A stretch of DNA of 64,000 nt from the NCBI GenBank assembly GCA_973895155.1, contig OZ316891.1, positions 18,149,702-18,213,701 on the forward strand. Reading direction: 5' to 3'. The DNA is from Marsupella aquatica (Eukaryota > Plantae > Marchantiophyta). The notes beneath the pieces are model-generated. The model saw only the letters and a program-made list of their open reading frames with translations. It was not told the DNA's origin and did not search any database. The position numbers and the translations under genes are program-made. Within the stretch, counting starts at the first letter, position 1. Every line of letters begins with the position of its first letter. Shown here piece after piece: positions 41,368 to 51,930 of this stretch.

Positions 41368-44300
41368 CTTATCAAAGCCAGAAGACGACTCCCTTAACGG
41401 GAACCTTCCGTCTCCAGCTGGAAGCACAATCTATTCTTCATAATTCTGTTTCCTATTCTAGACGTCCAAGCCTACCAAGTTGAACGTCTAGAATACCACT
41501 CATGAAGAGATGGGCCACTGACTAATACTCCGGATGACAAAGACGGCAATGTGGCAACCACGATCGAGCTCGGCACTACCTCGGCACATTGCCTACTTCA
41601 ATGCCCTACTTTCCCCAAAATTTTACGGTCCTGAGTACACATTCACATTCCTCTTTTGGAGCCTAATGTGGCGGACATTTCAGCTGACGTGACTTGATGG
41701 CCCTGCTCCACAATGCTTTACAGGGACCCGCTTGCTTCAAAAACGGCAAGCCAGATGACTTAGTTCCTTACACCACCTGTACACCGAAAAGTGGCACCTG
41801 CTGGTACTGTACACCCTTCCCCCCGCCCCGAGCTTCGGAAACCCTCGTACGCTTCCTTTCGGGATCGACATTGGAATTTGGACAACATCTCCATAGGTGT
41901 ACAACGCAATGTTGGACAGGGTTGAAGCGATCTCATGTAAACGAGGTGTCTACTTCTTCCTACATTGTCGGTTGTTCAATCCTCTGTGGAATAATGACTT
42001 CTCGTGATCACAGCCCAAAGGCTACGGCAGCTCCCCAAGTCCAGTCCACCTCACCTCAAGCGAAGTATGTGTTCCGTGTCTACCCCCACCTGTTCCAAAA
42101 TCATGTCCTTTCTATGTACAGTACTTGTTTCCAAAAACTTTCCGAACACCCAACTGTGTCTCATATCTGATATCGATGAGGGATTTCGAGTCCCAATCCA
42201 TGGATCTAGGCGATGACCAATAATCAACCTCGAGAGATTTTCTATCTCCCTTTCAACCCCTATTTGGTAATCTACACATCGACCCCAAACAAACAACCTG
42301 TGGGAGGAGGAAACAAACTAAAAACCGTGACTTATCCCTGTTCACCTCACCTCCACAGTATGCACCTGGATGGACAGCGCGCATCTGCCCACCTTCACTT
42401 ACATTTCAACCTCAACCTCAACCTCAAGCCATCACGACGGTGACAAGTCCGAATCCTTTGCCAATGACTGCGCTCCTGGTGCCCAGAAGGCTTCCCAAAT
42501 GTCATCGGACTGGCGAAAGGTCTCTGCAAAAAATTCCCAACATAAACGAAAAACCCGGGTGGGCGGCGCTCGTTGTCGCAGGCCGGCACATTCACCTACA
42601 AATGTCGTGAAAGAGCAGGTTTAGAGCCTGGTGTTCTTCTCATTGCCACAAGTGGACCAACCTCGTCACCATCCGTGGACCCCGGGGCATGGGCTGGGGG
42701 TGGGAGTAGTAGTAATACTTTTGTATGAGAGACAGAGCCAAACAACCTACGAGGACAGGAGCAGGAGAAATAGTGGTCGCATTCTTCCTCCCTGTTTCAT
42801 TTCCCAAGTTTTCCACGGGTAGGAATCGGACCTCTTGAACCCCAACTCTCCCTTTCGCCTGCTCTGCAACAACAATCCACAATCACCGACTCTCTCGTTC
42901 CTGTCTCTGCTCAATCATTAGCCCTCTTTCCCTCTCAATCTCCTGACAGCTTCCCTGCCTCCCTCCTTTCCTCCGTTCCTCCGTTGCAATCTCTCACTGT
43001 TACCTGTTGCTCATGATTTCTGTCTGTACCACTTCTTCGCCTTCTTCGTACTCACGGCCTCCATGACCTGTTCCCATTGGACGGATCATGAATGCAAACA
43101 AGCAGCTTCATCAAGCTGCTGTTCTTGCTGCACAGGAAGCCAGGCAGACACGCTCTTCATGGCATCCCCACCACCACATCACTCGCCCTTGCCAAACTTG
43201 GCCTTTCCTTCCTCCCTTCCCTCCATCTGCCTTCCCTCCCTCTCCCTTCCTGCCACAGTGGAGCAGCAGGCAGTCAGTCAGTCCGTCAGTCATTCATCAG
43301 TCACTAGTTTCGCTCTTCCTTGGGCTCCAATACCGGTCAACGTCCCTGAAATCGAGGGAGCACGCCAACCAGGCAGAACATCAGGACTGCTTGCTCGCTG
43401 CTCCCTCTTCCGTTACTGCAGTTGGCTGAGTGATGAATGGACTGACTGACTGCCTGACTGACGGATGCTCTGACTGTAAAGGGATTTCGGGAAAAACCCA
43501 AAACACGCCGACTCTCTCGGGGCAAATGATGGATAATGGCTTTCTGGATTTCAGTCTGGCCTTCTTCTGGCTGGCTCGCAGGCTTCGCAGCTCGTTAGTT
43601 GGCCATTCATTCATCACCCACGTCAGTCGGTCATTTCTCATGATCAGCATCATCATTAATTTGGAGAGAACACCACCTCTTCCTTGCTCATCCCATGAAA
43701 ACGTTGTTCATCTCGCCGTCCCAACCCCCTCCTCAAGCCCCGGACACCAGCCTGACTCACCGTCTCCAGTTCCCACGAAACAGTGCGTTACTACTGTACT
43801 TTATCAACAGTATCACCACCATGGCTCCATGACCATCCTATACAGTTTAGAGTAATTGATCTGTACACGAGAGCAAATGCTTGGGCCAGAGAATCATTCA
43901 TTTCCTAGGCTGCACTCGATTCCCGCTCGAATCGGGTGGGCGTCATCTGCGGAGCCCCATTTCTCATGCTCTTTTCGTGTTCTCAAACTCAAACTTTCAT
44001 TCATCCTTAGGGAGTCGGTGGTCTATGAATCATTTTCTAAGGTGATGCTGCGGCCGAGTGGGGAAGCAATTGCGTGCAGCTCTGGCGAGGGGTCCATAGC
44101 ACAACAATTTCTAGCTGTCTGAGGGAACTTTCCCGCATCATTATGCTCAATCCGAGCATGGATTCGGGGCCCGAATGACACCAGCAAGCGCCCTCTCCAA
44201 GACTGCTGCGCCTCCAACAACGCCCACCACGAACGCCGCTTCTTACGGTCAGCATCTTTGCTTCCAATGTCACTTAACTCTGTAAGGCGACAGAGAGTGT

Positions 44301-44428
44301 AACTATGCCTCCAAGGGACGCGGCCTCTGTCTGGAGGGCAAGTCCCGGGATCCAGGTACAAGGGACACGAGGTACAAGTACCAGGAGATCCGTCCACAGA
44401 TCCGGCACTGTAAAAGACAAAATTACTA

Positions 44429-44655
44429 CAGTCGGCTCTTTATAAGTGCAACTCCCATCCGTGCAAAACCTGGCTAACTGAAGGTGCCCTGTTCCTCCCC
44501 TTGTTTACGGAGTTTGCACGTCTTTTGCACCTTTTTAAGTGCAAAAATGCCTACAGTATTGTGCTATATGACAGATTTATAAAGATTTATAAGTGCAATT
44601 GTTCAAAATGTGCTTATTGGTTGCATTTACTGATAAGTGCACTTACGGACAAGGA
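44429..44655. mobile_element. Degenerate pogo/Tigger-like MITE with ATAAGTGCA motifs (related remnants at ~25700-25945 and ~56090-56290)
   Basis: Starts TA-CAGTCGGCTCTTTATAAGTGCAAC, with repeated ATAAGTGCA/TGCACTTA words. The right end is not resolved. Confidence 0.45.
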
Positions 44656-45689
44656 CATCAAATTTTGGGCAGGGATGTAAAATCTGGATTGCGAGGATTC
44701 ACAAGACTGTTTGCTGTAAAACACACTCTCTAACTGAAAAGTACACAATTTGATGGACTTGCAAATTATCACCTAGTGCAAACCCCCATTTAGTACACAC
44801 GTCCCCAGAGTGTACATATATTTCAATACTTTTGTGATTTTTCTCTTTATATTTTACAAGGGATTAATTTTCCATAATCCCTTCTTTGGACGAGGGGTAT
44901 GGGAAGAAATCTAGTGAAGTGGAAAAGAGAGAAGATAATCTACTACTATAATAGGAATCCCCCAAAAAATGGTGGGTAGTCCGTTTACAAAGTCACTTTT
45001 GGAGGGAACATTCTTTTGGAGTAAACCATTGGATTTATATTTTCTTGTATCCTGGCCTTTCATTATTAAAAAAACAATCACCCTAATCCAAAGGAGACAC
45101 CACAAAGTATTTTGGTATACCACACAGATTCTATAGGAGGAAGATGATGTATAGGCTATATGTGAGTGCCATGTGTTGCCATTGGTATGAGGGCACTTGG
45201 GACACCACTATGAGGGGCAGGGATTGAAAAGCTATAGAGTTCAAAGTAAGGAGGAGAAATTAACGATGCACCCATGGGTGAGGGGCTACTGTAGATAGAA
45301 GGTATTGTATACTGCAAGCAAATAAGAATTTTGTTAGCCAGGAGAGTGTTGTTAGAAGACAACAGTGATTTTAAATTTCTTTTGCTTTATTGCTGCCTTC
45401 TATATGTTATGACTTTAGAAGTTTTTTATGACTCTAGATGGCTAGCAAGCTCGCTAGCACAAAGAGGAGTCCCAACAATATATGTTATCAACCAGGTTCT
45501 TGTTAGCTGGATATAGAGAAATTATGGGTCATATGAGTAATTTTGCTCATTTGGGAAATTTTTTACTGTTTCCTCGCATGCGACAATGACCTGGCTGAAT
45601 AGTGTCATACCCTCCCATAAGTATGTAGGTGGAGGGGATGAGACAAAGTGGAGCAAATGGAGATGAAAATAAAGAAAATAAGTAAGCAA

Positions 45690-46441
45690 TAAGAGGGAAA
45701 ACAAGGAGAAAAGGAATCAACACCTTTGCTTTTTATTGGGTTGTGGAAGCGAGGGGGGAGGCGGGGGCAAAGACGGCCCAAGAGAAAGGGGGCAAGGAGG
45801 CCATGAGGAGGAGGGGGGATGTTACCTTCCACCTAGCGCTATGTGTGTGTGTTTGCCTTGGTTGCCATCACTTATCTTGTGCTCACCCTTATCCTGCACT
45901 TTTGCAACATCTTTTGACATGGACATCTTTTACGCAATGACATTGTTTTTGTAACATTTTATGTGCAACACACAAGTATTGAACATGACCACAACATCTG
46001 TATGGTCAGGATCACACATAAAATGTCTCAACAACTATATTGCAAAGCTTATATGTTTCTATCTTGCCTTGCCATTCTTTTCTCGCCTTTTCATATTTAT
46101 TTCTCCTTAACATCTTTACCTTGCCTTCATGCTTTGACATCCTTTTCTCACATTAGCATCTTCATCTCAACACAACATCTTTTCTCTCAACATTGTTTTC
46201 TCCCCTTGAGATCTTTTTTTCACCTCGACATCTTTTCTCACCTTGACATCTTATACTTTTCTTATCTCGTCATATTTTTGTCACCAAGACATTTTTTTCA
46301 CCCTCGATACTTTTCTCTCCTCAATATCTATCCTCATCTTTACGTGTTTTTCGCATCTCAACATCTTTTCTCACCTCAACTTCTTTTCCTCACCTCTCCA
46401 TCTTTTCTCACCTCAAAATCTTTTGTACGCCATTGGGCTAG
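45690..46441 (+). repeat. Helitron-like remnant with ~20-bp pyrimidine-rich tandem repeats (CACCTCGACATCTTTTCT), ending CATTGGGCTAG|T
   Basis: Tandem array at ~46060-46420 with a CTAG|T terminus. A similar block at ~29950-30488 ends GTGCAACATTGAGCTAG|T. Confidence 0.45.
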
Positions 46442-47234
46442 TTACCTTATAGAATAAAGTATATCTTACAAAAGGGACATTGTATACAGAATCTAAGATT
46501 ATTTTTCATTTTTCACTTCTTCCAGGTTTTTGTATATAGGGGGCAAAATACCTCCTAATGGAATGTGCAGGTGCCCCTAGCTTCATGTTAAGGTTGTGAT
46601 CCCCATAACAATTGCCCCCCATGCATTATTCATTGACTGTAGACTTTATAATGTGCAAAATTCATCTGTCGCAGGTTATGTAACATTTATTCTTAATGAG
46701 ATGTAATAGGTGGAACAATGGCTTACATGTCAACTTTTGAGTGATCTAGATTTTGAATGTCACCCGGAAGACCTTAATGTGTAATGAGGTCCAAACTCGA
46801 GCCGAAGTTATCATATTTCATGGCGATATTCCAAAATATTCTCGAAATAATACTCTCGCATAATGCACTCTAAACACGACTTTACTGTATACCGAGAGTC
46901 CACTGTATACCTCGGCGGGATTGGCCCGAGTCCAGGTTCGTCCCTGTAAAACGTAAGACCTTGGGCCCTCTCGAGAAACCGTGACATATGCGTGGAGCGG
47001 GGGACTCTATCCTCCACTTTTTCGCCTCTGCTTTTGGGTGCGCAGGCAATCTGGCGGAATGCCCATCCCGAGGCGTTGTCCAGAGTCCAGATTCCCTACC
47101 GACGTACTCCAGTATTCAATGCACGCGCGACGGCGATACGGTTGCGCGTCGAGCCGTCGAGGAACGGGATCCCGAAGCCAAAGGTGACGCGACCATTCCT
47201 GCTGTCCCCAAGGTGCATGCATGTGCGGTCTGCC

Positions 47235-47720
47235 ATTGTCAGCAGCAAAATCTTTAAAGTTTTTTTCCCACCATTGTGGCGAACAAGCTCGTGTAAAGAG
47301 CAGGTGTTACGAATTTTCCTAATTTAATTTCCCTTATTTTTTTTTCCTTTAGATCTCCCTAGATTTAATTAAGGTTATTGGTCTGTGGTGCGTTGGGAAC
47401 TGGCTAATGGGAACCATAAATCGTGGCTAATTTTGGCTACAAGTGGCAAACATGTTTTTCCGAGGGGTGGAAGCTAGCAAATTTTGGCACAAAAACACAG
47501 CTGATGGTAAGACACTTGGGTACCTAATGCCATCCCCGTTTGCACATGGAAAATAGCAGAAGTATTCCTACCCCAGGAAAAGAGAACCTGAAGCCCAGAT
47601 GGTCCTAAAATGTTTGACAGCATGCCCAAATGGACTCCCAGGGAACAAGTGTTTCAGATAAGTTTAGTAATGAACTGATAAAAAGTTAGCAAGGCATTTG
47701 TACTAAAACACCACTTCACT
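47235..47720 (+). repeat. Unclassified dispersed repeat family, further copy
   Basis: GTGGCGAACAAGCTCGTGTAAAGAG (47276), TTAGATCTCCCTAGATTT (47349), GGTCTGTGG, ACAAGTGGCAAA, GCCCAAATGGACT. Colinear with the 13460-13860 copy. Confidence 0.6.
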
Positions 47721-47989
47721 ATGGAACTTCCCTAACAACGGCTCCCACTTTTCCATTTATAGTCACTTACTTTGGCTTTGAGACTAAGATTTCCACACCT
47801 TCTGATGTGACAGAGCTATTTTTCCACCAGCTGTGCATAATTTGACAAAAGTGTAAGCAGCAGGGAAGGACAAGGCTCTTGGGTGGGTAATACTAGGGCC
47901 TCTGAAAGCTTCATAATTAATTACAGATGATGATTTTTGGCATAAGCAAATTGTCAAGGCTCTTTCACAGGGTATTTTAAAGGTTTTTC

Positions 47990-48370
47990 ACTAGCCAATG
48001 GAGACATTTATGGTCATGCTAGCCCCGTGCCTGTGCGTTGCACTAAAGGTGTTGAGTGAGATCAAGTGAGGGCAAGATGTTGAGGTGAGGGCAAGATTTC
48101 TAGGTGAGGGCAATACATCAAGGTGAGGACAAGATTCTGAGTGAGGGCAAGATGTCAAGGTGAATGCAACATTTTGAGGTGAGGGCAAGATGTGGAGGTG
48201 AGGGCAAGATGTCAAGGAGAGACAAAGATATCGAGGAGATGCAAAGATGTCGAGGCAAGGGCTAGATGTCGATAAGAGACAAAGATGTCCAGGTAAGGGC
48301 AAGATGTAGAGGGGAGGAAAAGATGTCAAGGAGAGACAAAAATGTTTAGATGAGGGATGAGGAAAGATCC
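47990..48370 (-). repeat. ~20-bp tandem array (GAGGTGAGGGCAAGATGTC), an inverted relative of the 46060-46420 array, with a Helitron-type 3' end
   Basis: About 15 units at 48055-48370. CTAGCCCCGTGCCTGTGCGTTGCAC (~48019-48043) is the reverse complement of a typical Helitron GTGCAACGCAC...CTAG end. Confidence 0.6.
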
Positions 48371-48538
48371 TTTTCTTGCTTTGTAGTTTTTCCATGTCTT
48401 CAACTTGATTTTACTTCTTTTTTCCCTTTTATCTTAGGAAACCAACCGTCTCCCCTCTCACTCCTTGTGGTTTTTCCCTCCCCTTTATCTTCTGTATTCA
48501 AGATACCCTAGGAGAGTAATACATAATCATACTCTTTG

Positions 48539-48608
48539 CAAAATTCAAAAAGTTTGACATGCCCCAAAAGTTTCAAAATTCAAAAAGTTTGACATGCCCC
48601 AAAAGTTT
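48539..48608. repeat. Perfect 35-bp tandem duplication
   Basis: CAAAATTCAAAAAGTTTGACATGCCCCAAAAGTTT x2. Confidence 0.95.
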
Positions 48609-49529
48609 CTGGTTGGGATGTGTGTACTTTAATAAAAGAAAAAACAAACATTTAGATGATATCACATAAGAATGTACATAAGAATCATCTCAAGTAGTAT
48701 GTATTCTGGTCAATCAATCCAAGAGTACACAAAAAACTTAAAAATAATCTGACTACTTAGGTTGATTCCCTCCATTTTCAAGTTTGTAAGGAGACAAAAG
48801 TACTATTTTACAGCAATGCATATTATAGATATAGATACAAATATATTTATGGCAAAAGCTATGGATTGTGAATTTGGTAGCCCATAGTTTTTTTCTGTTC
48901 TTAACCTTAATTACTACAGTAGTGTCCTTAAAACTTGAGGTTTAAGAACCCCTATTGTATTGCCATTTGGGTTAGTGATTAATAATAATGCTTAAAATTT
49001 TGGGTACTACAAACAAAATATTTTGGGGTCTGTGAAACATCGACAAAATTATTGTCATGTCTGTTTTATGCATTACTCATCTAGTGTAAGCACTGACTTT
49101 TCCGCGTTGGAGAACAATATTAGGGCCTTGAATTATTTGGCAGGGAGGCACACGGAAGGGCAGGGAATCGGGGCAAGTGGACAGGGGAATAAAGGCAGGT
49201 TGGCAGGGGACAAGGGACGCTGGGCAGGGGAACAAGGGAGGGCAGGGACAGGCCTGTAGCCGGCTCGGCAAAATAATGAGGCCCTACTGATAGGTTACTG
49301 CTTCTGTGACTACGGTCAAAGCTCCGTGGACTGCCTTTCTCAGCAGTTTCTTTTTTGTCGTCTAGGAATTGTACATCAAAAGTAGACAGCCAAATATGTA
49401 CTTAGCTAAATATTTGGATTTATCATGGTAGGGAGTGATATAATACACCGTATAATTGTCACAATTTTAAGCGCAACTATGGGGATGCATTTTTTGAGAG
49501 AGGGCAGCCATCACGGGCTGGGCGGGTTC

Positions 49530-49690
49530 ATTACCCTGAAGGTTTCTGCTCCTTAGACAGGGAGAAAAATGGCACCTTGTGTAAAGGAGAACTTGTGTAA
49601 AGAAGAATATACTAACAATATTACTTATCTAAATTTAGGGGATTAATTTCGGATTAATTTCTGACTGTCAGATTTCCCTAGATACCTTAG
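49530..49690 (+). repeat. Unclassified dispersed repeat family, truncated copy
   Basis: AATGGCACCTTGTGTAAAGGAG and ATTTCTGACTGTCAGATTTCCCTAGAT (49657). The first 17 nt of the second motif are identical to 11521. Confidence 0.65.
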
Positions 49691-49747
49691 TAGAACTCTG
49701 GTTCACGATCTTGGGCAGGGAAAACATAATCCAGTGTACTTTCGAGT

Positions 49748-50946
49748 TGCCACAATCCAATGGGAGAGTTTACAGCTCCAGCCCAAACTTTATTGATAGA
49801 GGTTTTCTAGGATTTCGTTCATCCTGTAAAAATATGTTTTCTGGACCTATTTCTATAGGAAAAAAGTTTTCCAGAGTATTCCGTGCCATATAATTTTGTG
49901 GGGCTCCCCGCTTCTGAATTTTCATCTCTCCAATTCATGGAACTGACAGCATATGTTCCCGTTTACAATGTCAAAGTACTGGACTCCAATTTATTAGAAT
50001 TATTTATAATTTATAACAAGCGCATACGTACAGTAGTTGGATTCTGGCTGTTGGTCTATGTGGCTAGCCAGGATGTTGGCCAAACAAGACAAAAACCTGT
50101 CAAATGCTTGCCAAAAGTGGTGAAGAGTTAGTGACCTTGAGTAAGGCAAACTTTTGCCACCAAACAACAACAACCGCCCCCACAAGATAAAGCCGGTCAG
50201 CCATTGACTCCACACTTTCTACAGTAGTACTCATAGTACTGACCCATGTCTCTTTGGCTTTAGAGTGTATGTTTCTGACCCATGCCCATTCTCGTTTGGC
50301 TTTAGAATGTATGTTTCTTGAGTGCACAGGCACTCTTACCCCAAACACAGTGCCACAATCCAATGCGAGAGTTTATAGTCCAGCCCAAACTTTATTTGTA
50401 GAGGTTTTCAAGGATTTCGTTCACCCTGTCAAAATATGTGTTCCTGACCTATTTCTATAGGAAAAAAGTTTTTCAGAGTATTCCGTGCCATATAATTTTG
50501 TGGGGGGACGCTTCTGAATTTTCATCTCTCCAATTGATGGAACTGACAGGTGACAGCATATGCTCCCGTTTACAATGTCAAAGTACTGGACTCCAATTTA
50601 TTAGAATTATTTATAACAAGCGCATACGTACAGTAGTTGGATCCTGGCTATTGGTCTACGTGGCTAGCCAGGAAGTTGGCCGAACAAGACAGAAACCTGT
50701 CAAATGCTTGCCAAAAGTGGTGAAGAGTTATAGTGACCTTGAGTTAGGCAAACTTTTGCCACCAAACAACCCCAACAACCGCCCCCACAAGATAAAGCCA
50801 GTCAGCCATTGACTCCACACTTTCTACAGTAGTACTCACGGTACTGACCCATGTCTCATTTGGCTTTAGAATGTATGTTTCTGACCCATGCCCATTCTCG
50901 TTTGGCTTTAGAATGTATGTTTCTTGAGTGCACAGGCACTCCTACT
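49748..50946. repeat. Tandem duplication, 2 x ~600 bp
   Basis: TGCCACAATCCAATG...GAGTGCACAGGCACTC at 49748-50340 and 50351-50946. Each copy has an internal ~37-bp dimer (CTGACCCATG...TGGCTTTAGAATGTATGTTT). Confidence 0.95.
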
Positions 50947-50947
50947 C

Positions 50948-51369
50948 CAGTCTGCCCCCAAACAGAGGGCCTGGGCGTGTTGTCTGAAAATGCAAAATTT
51001 TGGGTCTCCATGATAAAGGTATTTTTTCTTCAAACACAACATCATTTTAACATAGCACCCGGGAGTTGTGTTCAAATTTTGACATTGTGTTAGAGTTGGA
51101 CGTTGTGTTCAAGATTTGACCCTAAATTGTTCTAAATTTAGCACAAAAGGTAAAAAATTTCATGAATCATATGACAATGTCAATATTCAAACACAAAGCC
51201 AATATTTGAACACAACACCCAATTTCAAACACAATGCCCTGTAAGTACAAACAATGAAAACACATTGTCAAAATTTGAATACAATGCCCTGAGCACACTA
51301 TTTGAATAGAGCATCCCATGGCCCACTGTTCGAATACAAGGCCATGACATGGTGTTTAGGGGAAGACGG
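50948..51369. mobile_element. Second, shorter and inverted copy of the 30718-31538 MITE family
   Basis: The right end ...GCCCACTGTTCGAATA...GGGGAAGACGG-TA reverse-complements to the left end of the first copy. The left part (TTCTTCAAACACAACATCAT...CCCGGGAGTTGTGTTCAAA) matches its right end. Confidence 0.75.
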
Positions 51370-51404
51370 TAGTAACTGGGTACCACCTGGATTGGTGAAA
51401 AGCA

Positions 51405-51930
51405 CTGTCTCTAGGATGGATTCTGACTTAGGCCTTCAGTCATGAAGTAACACAAGGTAGCTTCTTGTCACTGGGGTTTCAACCAAAGGCAATGGCCAGA
51501 CTTTATGTGAATGAGTTCCTCCTGAACAAGGTTGGATTATCATATTGCAACACTAAACACAGTTGGGTAAACTAACCTGTCTCACATTGGTCTAAACCCA
51601 CCTTATGTTACCTACTGGTGGGTCATCAATCCAACACTTAGTGGATAGAATCTGCTTGGCAATGATAGGAAGAGCTGCATCAGGGATCAAAAAGCAATGC
51701 TGCTATGAGCACCTGGCCGCCACCAAAAAATTATCTTGGTAGTAATTTTCTTGACACCTCCGGCTTCAAATTCCAAAAGAGTCAAGGATCACAAGCCATA
51801 TTCTCATAGTTTGTATCTGTATTGCAAATTAAAATCAAATGAGGTCAGTTTAGGACAATTGTGTTTGCTTTCAACAGATGTTCCCGCCCAGCCACATTCC
51901 CACCTGACAATCTCTTCTATGTGGATTGGC
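51405..51930 (-). pseudogene. Decayed orphan fragment of nuclear 25S/28S LSU rRNA (3' part, domains V-VI)
   Basis: The plus strand reads as diverged reverse-complement LSU rRNA: GGATTCTGACTTAG, AACTAACCTGTCTCAC...GGTCTAAACCCA, CAATCCAACACTT, CAATGATAGGAAGAGC, GGATCAAAAAGCAA, AACAGATGT...CCCCACCTGACAAT. It carries many substitutions and an internal deletion near 51845. Confidence 0.9.

Noticed and set aside
43347-43365. miR535-like word TGAAATCGAGGGAGCACGC
   Set aside because: It has several mismatches and a 2-nt gap against miR535, and lacks a clean miR/miR* duplex.
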